This document shows, in pieces, positions 43,294-52,656 of a DNA stretch of 64,000 nt. The stretch is from assembly GCA_046582655.1 (NCBI GenBank), contig JAYGDX010000016.1, forward strand, positions 93,565-157,564. The letters are read 5' to 3'. The stretch is from Candidatus Poribacteria bacterium (GTDB taxonomy: Bacteria > Poribacteria > WGA-4E > UBA9662). The notes beneath the pieces were generated by a model that did no database searches, was not told where the DNA came from, and was given only the letters and a program-made list of their open reading frames with translations. Both the position numbers and the translations under genes were made by a program. How positions within the stretch are numbered: the stretch's first letter is position 1; every line of letters starts with the position of its first letter.

Positions 43294-44271
43294 ATGAATC
43301 TTCTACGTTTCGGAATTATTGGTTCTGGTGGTATGGCGCATGCCCGTGCCGAAAGGATTATAAAAAATCCTCGTTCTCAACTAACGTGTGTTGCTTCCCG
43401 CAACCCTTCAACTGGTCAGGTGTTAGCTGATGCCTATGGAGTACCGTTCCTTCCAGATTGGCGTTCACTCATTTCACATGCCCATGTAGATGCTGTTCTT
43501 GTTGCAACACATCAGAACACGCATGCACTGATGAGTTTAAACGCCCTACAAGGAGGAAGGCATGTGTTTACTGAGTCGCCTATGGCGTTGTGCACAGACG
43601 ATGCAGATGCGCTGATCCAGTGTGTGCGAGATACAAACCGGATTCTGCGTATCGGACATACCAGCGTTTTGCACAGCGTCCATGCGGTAATGAAGCAGGA
43701 AATAGGAAAGATCGGGAAAATAATGTTTGCAGTGATGCATGTCCATTGGAGTGAAGACACGGATCCAAAGCAAAATGCGGCGTTTCAAATGGAGGTTAGC
43801 GGACACCCTTTTTTTATGGGAGCAACCTTAGCCTTCCCGCTCTTTGATCTGTGCCCTGAGGTTGCGTGGATTGATGCATATTCTTCATTTCGAAATCTTG
43901 ATGCGGTTGGGAGATTCGATGACTGCGTTGCAACAATGCAAATTGGCTTTGCACAAGGTGGTATCGGTCAAGTTATCTACGCCCGTGGTTTATCACAGCC
44001 CGGTGGAGGTAGACGGCGTTTCGTCGGAAGCCTAGGATCACTTGAGTTCCGAGATGACGACCCGAACGTACTTAAGATCTCAGCCACAGGTGAAGTGTGT
44101 TTACCCATCCCCGACGTAGATGCTTGGCAACTGGAGATAGATGATTTCGTTGATACCGTGTTGGACGAATCACCGATGTTGATTTCCCCTGAAGCTGCAC
44201 GGCGTGTAGTAACTATCGCTGAAGCAGCGGTCGCCTCAGCGACCGAAGGACGGCGAATCATACTGGAGTAA
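43294..44271 (+). CDS. Gfo/Idh/MocA oxidoreductase
   Basis: Motifs GIIGSGGMA, VDAVLVAT, HVFTESP and GSLGSL. Confidence 0.85.
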   Translation: MNLLRFGIIGSGGMAHARAERIIKNPRSQLTCVASRNPSTGQVLADAYGVPFLPDWRSLISHAHVDAVLVATHQNTHALMSLNALQGGRHVFTESPMALCTDDADALIQCVRDTNRILRIGHTSVLHSVHAVMKQEIGKIGKIMFAVMHVHWSEDTDPKQNAAFQMEVSGHPFFMGATLAFPLFDLCPEVAWIDAYSSFRNLDAVGRFDDCVATMQIGFAQGGIGQVIYARGLSQPGGGRRRFVGSLGSLEFRDDDPNVLKISATGEVCLPIPDVDAWQLEIDDFVDTVLDESPMLISPEAARRVVTIAEAAVASATEGRRIILE

Positions 44272-44441
44272 TAATGGAAACAATGCTAGCACTCGCAACT
44301 TTACACTCTGGCAAATTTGCCTATTATGTTTTTTTATTCACAAAAGAGGACAAGGTGGATTGAAGAACCACAGAACTCAGACAAGGGAATTTCTCATATT
44401 GTCTGTGTAGCCAATTATCACTTGTAATTATCGTGGATAAA

Positions 44442-44680
44442 ATGGATAAGCCTAGGTCACTCATCACCTATATTGGTGACAGACTCGGTCAAGTTTTCAG
44501 ACATACATCCTCCACCAATAAGGCAAAAAAATCTTGGGATGGAGAGCTAAAACGAGTTTCGAGGATGGTTTAGATAAAACAATAGAATGGTATAAAAACA
44601 ACCCAGAATGGTGGGAAAAGTCGTTATGGATGAGGAAAGTGCCTATGGTAACCAAAGATGGAAAGAAGGAGTTTCACTAG
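44442..44680 (+). pseudogene. 3' remnant of dTDP-glucose 4,6-dehydratase-like (RfbB) gene
   Basis: SLITYIGDRLGQVFRH..KAKK/LGWRAKTSFEDGLDKTIEWYKNNPEWW, with a frameshift in an A run and no N-terminal part. Confidence 0.7.
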
Positions 44681-44717
44681 ACATCTTTATTTAGAGTAAG
44701 TAAGTTACTTTCGCGGC

Positions 44718-46700
44718 TTAGTTTGACATTGAAGGGGCCATATCTCCATTTGCATTACGTGACGTTATCACCCGAAATATTCGATTATTGAAACAAGGCA
44801 ACAGATCCGGCAGGTCAAATTCCTGTAAAATCCCCCAAGCGGCTATTTCGAGATTATAATGCTCCTGATCATAATACCGCGTTTCAGCCAAGTTACGATA
44901 AGAGATCAGTAAATCCTCAAACTCAAGACTGGCAAATCGATCCTCCAGTGCACCGGCGAAATAGGCATAAACTGCACCTTTCTGTAAACCGTATAGGCCG
45001 ACCACCGCAACATCAGGACGTGAATGAAGATAGTCATACCCTCTGAGAACGTCGAAGACCCGTAACCCTAGCGTTGAAATACCGAGCATAATTGCATCGC
45101 TGGCGAGTTTATACGCCGTTGAATGGGGATGATTGTTTCTGTTTACTGGCCTCATTTCTACAGCGCCAATCCCACGCAGATCGTAGACAAAAATCCGATG
45201 ACCGTCTGCTAAACGTTGTTCGAGCCAATCACGCATATCCGGAATCTGATTTGTGCCCTTTTCAAAAATGACCAGATCCGTCTGTATAACCTCAATGTCA
45301 TGCTTGGGATGGATCATGATACCGGTAACCACGATGTTTGGTTGGCTGAAAAAGAAAATCTTTTCTGTTCGATAACCGTCGATGACCTGATCCGAAATAA
45401 TGCGCGGATAGATAGGTTGATCACGATCACCGACAACCCCCAAGACCTCCTCAATTGATTGACGAAGTTCCGTTACACCCCGCAACTGTATCTCAATCTG
45501 ACTGACCCGTTCACGATTTAGATCAAACACGGTTTTACTGTCTGAATACAAATCAAGGATCTGACCATTTGGTGTTACCCATAGATCCGAATCAGAAAGG
45601 ACTTCCGGATCTTCCGTTCTGAAATCAGGCGACTCACCGCGAAAATGCTGTTTAAAAAAATTAACGCAGGCCTGGCGGAGCTCTGGTGAATATTGGTGAG
45701 AGTGCGGTGAAATGATCATGTCAAGACGTGACTCTGCGTTGTAGAGGGCGTAAACTTTTTTTGCACGGTTAACCGCTTCGATAGCACCTTCAATTGGAAA
45801 AAAGTCGTAGGCAACTGCCCCAACACGGACAGGTTTTGGGGCTATGGCAGTAATGTACTCGTCGTGATCCGGTCCATGCACAAAACATCCAGGAACAATT
45901 TGCTCACTGTCTTGCGGCTGTCCCGTTTTCATGTAGGATTCAAGCGTCATAATAAAAGTGCACGGCATAGCCGCAGCGAAACGCGGCTCACTTATCATCA
46001 AAAAGCTTGATTGTGTCCCCCCTCCTGAATTACCAGTCAACCCAATTCTAAGTGGATCGACCTCGGGGAGGGATTCAAGATAATCTAACCCGCGAATTGT
46101 GTCCCAGATGAAGTGACGGGCGATACTAGCGCCATTGAGCGTAAATTGCAGGCCAGCGTAGGTATGTTCAGTAGTGCAACCACCGATAATACGATCACCA
46201 GATTCTGGATCGAAGTATTGGAACCGTTCTCCTTGTCCAGGCGGATCAATCGCCATCACCACAAAATTGTTATTAACCAAATCGATGCAAACCTTCTGGT
46301 AAGTGGGATATGCTTTGGCGTTATCGGCGTGTCCATGCACAAACATTACTGTTGGTTGTGGGGATGTTATTCCGTTGGGTATGTATAAGACCGCTGTTAC
46401 GTAAAAGTTGGGTTGGCTTTGGTAAAGGATCTTCTCGATAGTGTAGTTGCCGCAATCAATTTTTCCTGTACACTGCAGGTTAAGCGGTGTTCGTTCGATT
46501 GGTAAGCCACCAATCGCTTTCATGAAATGGTCACGTACCTGCTTCCGATGTGCTTCAAATTTTCGAATGGTTGTCAGTTCGGCTTTTTCCTGTTCGCGGC
46601 GTCGGAAATTTTCTTCAGCACGACATCTCAGATCATCTGCCAGTTGTCCGGAGACGTCATAATACCCATCAACATGAGAATTAAAAGTTTGCAGAACTAT
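44718..46700 (-). CDS. Acetyl xylan esterase-like tandem alpha/beta hydrolase
   Basis: Motifs VHGH, DPPGQGER, RGLDYL, GNSGGG and APKP, plus a second degenerate hydrolase module. The frame is open 59 codons upstream of the called ATG (46523), to just after an AGGAGG RBS. Confidence 0.8.
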   Translation of the reverse strand: MVLQTFNSHVDGYYDVSGQLADDLRCRAEENFRRREQEKAELTTIRKFEAHRKQVRDHFMKAIGGLPIERTPLNLQCTGKIDCGNYTIEKILYQSQPNFYVTAVLYIPNGITSPQPTVMFVHGHADNAKAYPTYQKVCIDLVNNNFVVMAIDPPGQGERFQYFDPESGDRIIGGCTTEHTYAGLQFTLNGASIARHFIWDTIRGLDYLESLPEVDPLRIGLTGNSGGGTQSSFLMISEPRFAAAMPCTFIMTLESYMKTGQPQDSEQIVPGCFVHGPDHDEYITAIAPKPVRVGAVAYDFFPIEGAIEAVNRAKKVYALYNAESRLDMIISPHSHQYSPELRQACVNFFKQHFRGESPDFRTEDPEVLSDSDLWVTPNGQILDLYSDSKTVFDLNRERVSQIEIQLRGVTELRQSIEEVLGVVGDRDQPIYPRIISDQVIDGYRTEKIFFFSQPNIVVTGIMIHPKHDIEVIQTDLVIFEKGTNQIPDMRDWLEQRLADGHRIFVYDLRGIGAVEMRPVNRNNHPHSTAYKLASDAIMLGISTLGLRVFDVLRGYDYLHSRPDVAVVGLYGLQKGAVYAYFAGALEDRFASLEFEDLLISYRNLAETRYYDQEHYNLEIAAWGILQEFDLPDLLPCFNNRIFRVITSRNANGDMAPSMSN

Positions 46701-46791
46701 GTTCCTCCTAGAATTAAGTTGTTTGTTAAAAAGAAGTGTAAATCACAGTATGTTTTTGCGGTATTTGGAAAGCTGAAGAATGGAGAAGGGA

Positions 46792-46865
46792 TATGCCTGG
46801 GGCGATTCGAACGCCCGACCTTTAGCTCCGGAGGCTAACGCTCTATCCAACTGAGCTACAGGCAC
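46792..46865 (-). tRNA. tRNA-Arg (anticodon CCG)
   Basis: GTGCCTGTAGCTCAGTTGGATAGAGCGTTAGCCTCCGGAGCTAAAGGTCGGGCGTTCGAATCGCCCCAGGCATA folds into a full cloverleaf; CCA is not encoded. Confidence 0.97.
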
Positions 46866-46881
46866 ATTAAACAATTTTGCT

Positions 46882-46910
46882 ATTGTAACACGACGCTCAC
46901 TTTCCGTCAA
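46882..46910 (-). promoter_or_regulatory. sigma70 promoter of tRNA-Arg
   Basis: Minus strand TTGACG-N17-TACAAT, ending 16 nt before the tRNA. Confidence 0.75.
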
Positions 46911-47036
46911 GACAGACAAACTAAGCTGTGTCTTTTGGAATTGGGTCACGGATATTGAGGCATGATCCGCTTTTTTGTATTTGATTCGCTTGGTCACTTC
47001 TGCTAAACTAGCTAAGGAAAATAATGGATAGTCCAA

Positions 47037-48197
47037 ATGCAAAGTAGATGTCAATCCCACCCTACAATTTGCGCGCTCGGCGGTATCAAACACGGTAAGA
47101 CAGCTCTAGCGACAGCAATCCTGAAAGTGGTCCGACACATCGGATCCACTGAGGTAACAGATACCGAGTTTCAGCAAATGGACCCAGTTGGTTATCCAAT
47201 AACAGATCAACTCTCGACTCTGTTTCGAACTGCTAAATTTGAAACTAGCCGAAAACACTATAGACTGATCGATAGTGAATCCCACACGGATCTGATTAAA
47301 GCCATTATTGGCAGTTCACCCAAAATTCAGGCAGCCATTTTAGTCGTCAGCGCAATCGATGGGATCACACAGGAAATTATCGAACAAATCCAATTGGCCA
47401 ATCAGGTTGGCATTCGGACAATTTTCCCCTTTCTTAACAAGGCTGATGCGGTGGGAGATCAGGAACTTCTTGAAATGTGTCAAGACGAAATGGAGGAACT
47501 CCTCGAAAGGTATGGTTATGGTGCTGAAAAAAGGCCGCCAATAATCATTGGCGATGTTGCTAATGCCTTAGAATATAAAGGACAAGATCTTGGCGCTTCA
47601 GATTGGCAACCGATTGTCGATCTGATCTTTTCCCTTGCCCAACATATGCCGGATCCGATTTTGACTAGTGAACTGTCATTGATGATACCGGTTTCTGAAG
47701 TTTTAGAAGAGAAAAAGGGTGTAACAACAATCCGAGGTGAAAAGCTACAAGGACAGTTAGCGGTTGGACAGGATGTTGACATTGTTGGAAAAGGGGATAG
47801 AATACGAACACGTTGCGTCGGATATAATCAGCCCGAAATTCAGATCGATGCAGAACCGGGTTGGATTACAGCTGGACAGGTTGTTTCAACCCCGAAACAG
47901 ATTAGATCCTATAATCAGTTTAAAGCAGCTATTTATCTGATGACAGTCGAGGAATGCGGCATGCATATTCCAATCGTTGGTAGTGATAAACCCGATATTC
48001 ACCTGTGGACAATTGATGTTGGTGGGCACATCACGCTTCCACCAGACACTGCTATTGTCAATCCAGGTGAACATGCCACCGTTTCAGTTGAATTGGAAAT
48101 CCCAATGGCCATGCAGGTTGGCACACGATTTGAGCTGAAAAAGATGGAGCAGTTGATTGGTGTTGGTATCGTAACAGAAATTGTTCAGCTATCCTGA
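47037..48197 (+). CDS. Divergent EF-Tu-like protein (degenerate GTPase paralog)
   Basis: Collinear with EF-Tu across all three domains: HGKT, FETSRKHY, AILVVSAIDG, QVGI, FLNKAD, ELLE, VGQDVDIVG, GQVV, VNPGE and IGVGIV. Confidence 0.85.
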   Translation: MQSRCQSHPTICALGGIKHGKTALATAILKVVRHIGSTEVTDTEFQQMDPVGYPITDQLSTLFRTAKFETSRKHYRLIDSESHTDLIKAIIGSSPKIQAAILVVSAIDGITQEIIEQIQLANQVGIRTIFPFLNKADAVGDQELLEMCQDEMEELLERYGYGAEKRPPIIIGDVANALEYKGQDLGASDWQPIVDLIFSLAQHMPDPILTSELSLMIPVSEVLEEKKGVTTIRGEKLQGQLAVGQDVDIVGKGDRIRTRCVGYNQPEIQIDAEPGWITAGQVVSTPKQIRSYNQFKAAIYLMTVEECGMHIPIVGSDKPDIHLWTIDVGGHITLPPDTAIVNPGEHATVSVELEIPMAMQVGTRFELKKMEQLIGVGIVTEIVQLS

Positions 48198-48219
48198 AAA
48201 TTGAATACGTATTCAATTT
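48198..48219. promoter_or_regulatory. Perfect 22-bp palindrome, putative operator
   Basis: AAATTGAATAC|GTATTCAATTT, between the EF-Tu-like gene and the namZ-like gene. Confidence 0.55.
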
Positions 48220-48265
48220 CCATGCTTTGATGTCCTTAACAAGTTTATAGATCCGTTCAAATATT

Positions 48266-49396
48266 ATGATTCAACTCGGCTTAAGTCTTTTATTGGATGA
48301 AAAACGGAATATCATCAACCATCGGCAGGTAGGTCTCATCACCAACCAAACGGGTGTAAACGAAAATCTGGATCGTAATATGGGTCTCCTCTCTGATTTT
48401 TGCTGTATTTCCGCCCTTTTCTCCCCAGAACATGGTTTCTTCGGCAGTGCTCAAGATGGTCAGAAGGTTAATTCTTCAATTGACAAAGAACGACTAATTC
48501 CGGTTCATAGCCTTTACGGTGACAGACGGAAACCGACACAGGAAATGGTTGACGGTTTGGATATGTTGATTTACGATATTCAAGATGTCGGATCACGTTT
48601 CTACACGTATATTTCGACTTTATTACTATCAATGGGGACTGCCAGCGAGTGCGACATCGATTTCATAGTTCTTGATCGGCCAAATCCGATTGGCGGAAAT
48701 CTGGTTGAAGGCAACATACTGGACCCGGATTTTCAATCTTTTGTTGGTCCGTACCCAATACCAATCCGGCATGGGATGACTGTGGGTGAGTTGGCTCTAC
48801 TCTTCAGAGCTGAAACAGATCTTGATCTTGCACTAACCGTTGTTCCCATGAAAGGTTGGGAGCGATGGATGTGGTTTGATCAAACGGGACTGCCGTGGGT
48901 ACCACCGTCACCCAATATGCCAACGGTTGACACGGCCACGCTCTATCCGGGGATGTGCTTGATTGAAGGTACTAACCTTTCCGAAGGACGCGGAACCACA
49001 AAGCCCTTCGAATGGATCGGTGCACCCTGGATCGATGGTTGCGATTTGGCTAAAAAGTTAAACCAGCTGGCTTTAAATGGTGTCCTGTTTCGACAGATCC
49101 ATTTTAAGCCGGAGTTTTCAAAGTATGCCAAAGAGATGTGTAGCGGTGTACAGGTTCACATCATAGATCGGCTGACCGCCAGACCAACTGAGATTTCACT
49201 ACATCTCATTTCGACAATAATGGCATCTTATCCAGATCAATTTGAATTCCGATCGCGATTTTTTAACCTGTTAACAGGTACAGATCAGATTCAAGAAGCA
49301 TTATTAAACAGCAAATCCGTAACCGAAATTAGCCAAAGCTGGCAACCAAAAAACACCCAATTTGACAAAAAACGACAAGCTCATTTTATTTACTAA
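48266..49396 (+). CDS. namZ: DUF1343 / exo-beta-N-acetylmuramidase NamZ-like
   Basis: Motifs GLITNQTG, FSPEHG, SLYG, DIQDVGSRFYTY, LDRPNP, RHGMTVGE, PSPNMP and SEGRGT. Confidence 0.9.
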   Translation: MIQLGLSLLLDEKRNIINHRQVGLITNQTGVNENLDRNMGLLSDFCCISALFSPEHGFFGSAQDGQKVNSSIDKERLIPVHSLYGDRRKPTQEMVDGLDMLIYDIQDVGSRFYTYISTLLLSMGTASECDIDFIVLDRPNPIGGNLVEGNILDPDFQSFVGPYPIPIRHGMTVGELALLFRAETDLDLALTVVPMKGWERWMWFDQTGLPWVPPSPNMPTVDTATLYPGMCLIEGTNLSEGRGTTKPFEWIGAPWIDGCDLAKKLNQLALNGVLFRQIHFKPEFSKYAKEMCSGVQVHIIDRLTARPTEISLHLISTIMASYPDQFEFRSRFFNLLTGTDQIQEALLNSKSVTEISQSWQPKNTQFDKKRQAHFIY

Positions 49397-49418
49397 GTAA
49401 ATTAGGAGGCTTTTTTAA

Positions 49419-50450
49419 ATGGCAGAACATACTCACCATCACCAGCATGAGTCAACCCCATTAATTATTCCTGCTTTGGAAACAGCAGAGGAGATGTCCA
49501 AAGCCTGCGTTCGCTTCCTTGAGACGCTAAGTCCTGACCTTCGTCGGAAAGCAGAAATTCCGTTCGATCAAGGAGAAAGACTTCGCTGGCATTTTGTTCC
49601 GATTGATATGTTTGAGCGGAAGGGCGTGCTGATTCAAGAAATGAACCAGAAACAACGGGATGTGGCATTCAAACTCCTAGCAACTGGACTAAGTGAGAAA
49701 GGGTATCAAAAAGCGACCGCAATTATAGATTTAGAAGCGATTCTAGGCGATATTGAACGAGCACAAGGAACCTATAGTCATCCACGTGGCCCAGAACTTT
49801 ACTTTTTTACCGTCTTTGGCGATCCAGATGGGAGTCAGCCGTGGGGCTGGCGGGTAGAAGGTCATCATGTATCTCTTCATTTTACGATTGTCAATCGTAA
49901 ACTCATCTCACCCAATCCCTCATTTTTCGGCTCTAACCCCGGCGAGGTAAAGCAAGGAGAGCATAAAGGTCTTCGGATTTTGTCTACAGAAGAGGATTTA
50001 GCCCGTTCATTACTCAAATCGTTAACCCCCGATCAGCGGTCAAAAACAATTATCAATGCTGATGCACCACATGATATTTTGACTCGGGACAACCCAAGGG
50101 TCGAAATTCAGCACGCAGAAGGAATTGCCATTGAATCTTTGTCCACTGCCCAACGTCAAATGACAATGGACCTGATTTCTGAGTACGTTGATCGGATGCC
50201 GGACCAACTGGCGGGAATTGAGAGAAAAAAACTGCAGCATGCTGATCTCAACGCCATTCATTTTGCCTGGGCAGGTGGTGAAGAACGCGGTCAACCACAT
50301 TATTATCGCCTACATGGACATTCGTTCTTTGTTGAATATGACAATGTGCAAAACAATGCCAACCATATCCACTCCATATGGCGACATCTGGACGACGATT
50401 TCGGATTTGATCTGCTTCAATACCATCACCAGAACGGGCATTCGCAGTAA
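49419..50450 (+). CDS. DUF3500 domain protein
   Basis: Motifs WHFVP, LSEKG, WGWRVEGHHVSL, FFGSNP, FAWAG, HYYR, EYDN and NHIHSIWR..DFG. Confidence 0.85.
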   Translation: MAEHTHHHQHESTPLIIPALETAEEMSKACVRFLETLSPDLRRKAEIPFDQGERLRWHFVPIDMFERKGVLIQEMNQKQRDVAFKLLATGLSEKGYQKATAIIDLEAILGDIERAQGTYSHPRGPELYFFTVFGDPDGSQPWGWRVEGHHVSLHFTIVNRKLISPNPSFFGSNPGEVKQGEHKGLRILSTEEDLARSLLKSLTPDQRSKTIINADAPHDILTRDNPRVEIQHAEGIAIESLSTAQRQMTMDLISEYVDRMPDQLAGIERKKLQHADLNAIHFAWAGGEERGQPHYYRLHGHSFFVEYDNVQNNANHIHSIWRHLDDDFGFDLLQYHHQNGHSQ

Positions 50451-50456
50451 CCTCGC

Positions 50457-51250
50457 TTATCTCGCTATCATCCGGCTGCGGGTAATCAGAAACCCGGTGG
50501 CGGCTGATAGTATCAGCGCTGGCATTCGGGAAGCTAATCCGTCGCCGATAGTCAGAATCGTGTAAGTTTGTAGCGCTTGGCTATCGATAGACCATTTTGT
50601 CCGATTCCGATTATCAGACCAACGAGACCATTAACAATCACACTGACAATAGCCACGGTTGCGTCGCCTCTAATAAACTTGGTAGCGCCATCCATAGTCC
50701 CATAAAATTCCTGTTCGATTGCTGTTGCCCGGCGTTTGGCACAGGCTTCATTCTTGGTGATGAACCCAGCGCTCAGATCCGCATCGATGGACAATTGCCT
50801 GCTGGGAATCGTGTCTAGCGCGAATCGTGCGCGAACTTCGGCTATTCGTTCCGCACCACTGGTGACAACCACATGCTGGATAGTAAGCAGGATCACAAAA
50901 AGAATGAACCCGATAACCAAGTTTTGGCTGGTCACCAGAGTGCCAAAAGTGAGAATCACCAGCCCCGCACCCAATGGCCGTGAAGCGTTAAGCGGAATCA
51001 AGCGTGTGGATGTGATGTTGAGCGATAACCGATAAATTGTCGTCAGTAGTAGTAGCGGTGGAAAAATGTAGAAATCGGTTGGTTTTGGAATCAGGACTGT
51101 CAGCATCAGCATCAGGATCGAGAATGCCAAATTGAAAATAATCAGAAAATCGATAACAATTGGTGGGATCGGAATTAAGATTGCCAAGACAATCGATACA
51201 CCCAGTATAGCAGAACAGACCCACCTTTTCCGGACATTACCCAACCTCAT
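50457..51250 (-). pseudogene. flhA: FlhA/FHIPEP-family export gate, transmembrane domain only, frameshifted
   Basis: FPPLLLLTTIYRLSLNITSTR, GAERIAEVRARFALD, IDADLSAG and FYGTMDGATKFIRGDA. After a shift near 50580 it reads [22 protein letters not shown], then TAA. Confidence 0.85.
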
Positions 51251-51984
51251 TCAAATTGACCAAGATGGGTGGTGATGCCCCCGAATCCTGAAACAGTTGC
51301 AAAGCAGCCTGAATTACACCAAACTGGCGTTGGGGTGCGTTCGGTTGACCTAGCGAATAGCCGTGCGGAAACGGCACCCACAATGATCTCGGAGGTCGAA
51401 CTTTTACCGCTACTTCTTTTAGCAATTGGATAGTCACAGTAGCAATGCCTGTCCGCTCAATTTCTGACGCAATTAGACCCACGGTCTGGTTACAGACAGG
51501 TCAGACCGGTATCAACAGTGTTAGGTCAACTCCATCATCTTTTAATAGTTGAGCGATTTGGGGAGCGGATTCGTTGATTAAGGTCTCAGGAGTAATAATC
51601 GATCCCATCACCGAGATGTGACGGTGGTTGACGCTGCTGACAACTCCATTTTCTGCCAGTTGATTGATGCGATCGATCGGAAAAACCAAATTCCGATCAG
51701 CTGTCATGCCGGTACGATCAAAGGAACGACTGCGGTGCGATTCAATCAGTTTCTGGACATCGGTATTGTTGGGGATCTCCCGATGACTGGAATCACCACC
51801 GATAATCTTTTTGCTGAATGGTGTTTGATTAGGAAAAACCAGTCCAGCACTCGAAACCAGCGCGATTTTGCATTGATCTACTGTTTTGTTCAGTTTGACA
51901 AAAGGAATCGTATCTATCTGTTGCCAGCGATATACTTTCTAAAAAAGCACGAGTAACAATAGAAAATTCGTTAAGCGATCCCAT
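51237..51984 (-). CDS. PrdB/GrdB-like selenoprotein (glycine/sarcosine/betaine/D-proline reductase component B family); in-frame UGA; 5' frameshift
   Basis: IALVSSAG, GDSSHREIP, DRNLVFPIDR, DGVDLTLLIPV-TGA-PVCNQTVGLIASEIERTGIATV, PPRSL and GYSLG are all in one frame across the TGA at 51503-51501. There is a 1-nt shift near 51940. Confidence 0.75.
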
Positions 51985-51999
51985 GTCGTTTTGTTACCA

Positions 52000-52407
52000 A
52001 TCCTGACAGGAGATGTTGATAATTGTATTCGTCTTGGCTAACAAGATCAACGCCTGACCGCCAAAGAGTTGAATATTCAAAAGTATCCGATTGATTGCCA
52101 TCGGAGTCCAAATCTACCCTCACGAAATCCCTGCGCTTGCATCCACTTTGCGATAGTTTAACCTTAAGATGCGATAGTTTTGTTCCTTTCCGTAAGCATC
52201 TGGCAGGTTGGATATGGTCAGGCTATCATTTCGGGGGTTTCCGTTGCAGGAAAGGCAGGTTGACTCTCCCAGCGCACCAGAGTAAGACTTATTGTTGACT
52301 GCAGTTGGAAGTGCGCTGGCCCATCCGAAGCTCTGATGGGTTGACCAGTATATTAAGATGTAAGTGAGTAGGAACACGAAAATTTGTTTTGGCAATATTC
52401 GGCACAT
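52000..52407 (-). pseudogene. Secreted Reeler/choice-of-anchor V-like protein remnant
   Basis: Signal-peptide-like N-terminus, SGALGESTCLSCNG (degenerate CxxCH) and LPDAY..EQNYRI, then a frameshift to SQSG..DSDGNQ. The end is approximate. Confidence 0.5.
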
Positions 52408-52656
52408 TATCTTGCCTCGAAGACAGCCCCAAGCATAATTTCAGGTTAAAGGATATGGTGAAGATAGCACGCGATCGGAGCAAAAGGCAATTTTTTCTTT
52501 CCGATATCGAAGACTGTCTTTATACGATTTCTAGCATTCGTAACAAGATTGACTTTCTACTTATATCTTGATATAATTTGTTGGCATTTGTATGATGTAT
52601 TGACAGTATGCGTAGCCACTTGCGCAGATGATCAGAACAGTAGGAACAGGAATAGA

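Noticed and set aside
46700..47040. tRNA-Arg as the integration site of an island
   Set aside because: I saw no integrase and no duplicated tRNA 3' end in the window.
47037..48197. Calling the gene tuf or selB
   Set aside because: Invariant EF-Tu motifs are lost, there is no ribosomal operon context, and there is no SelB C-terminal domain.
50457..51250. Functional flagellum or type III secretion locus
   Set aside because: Only a truncated, frameshifted flhA is present.
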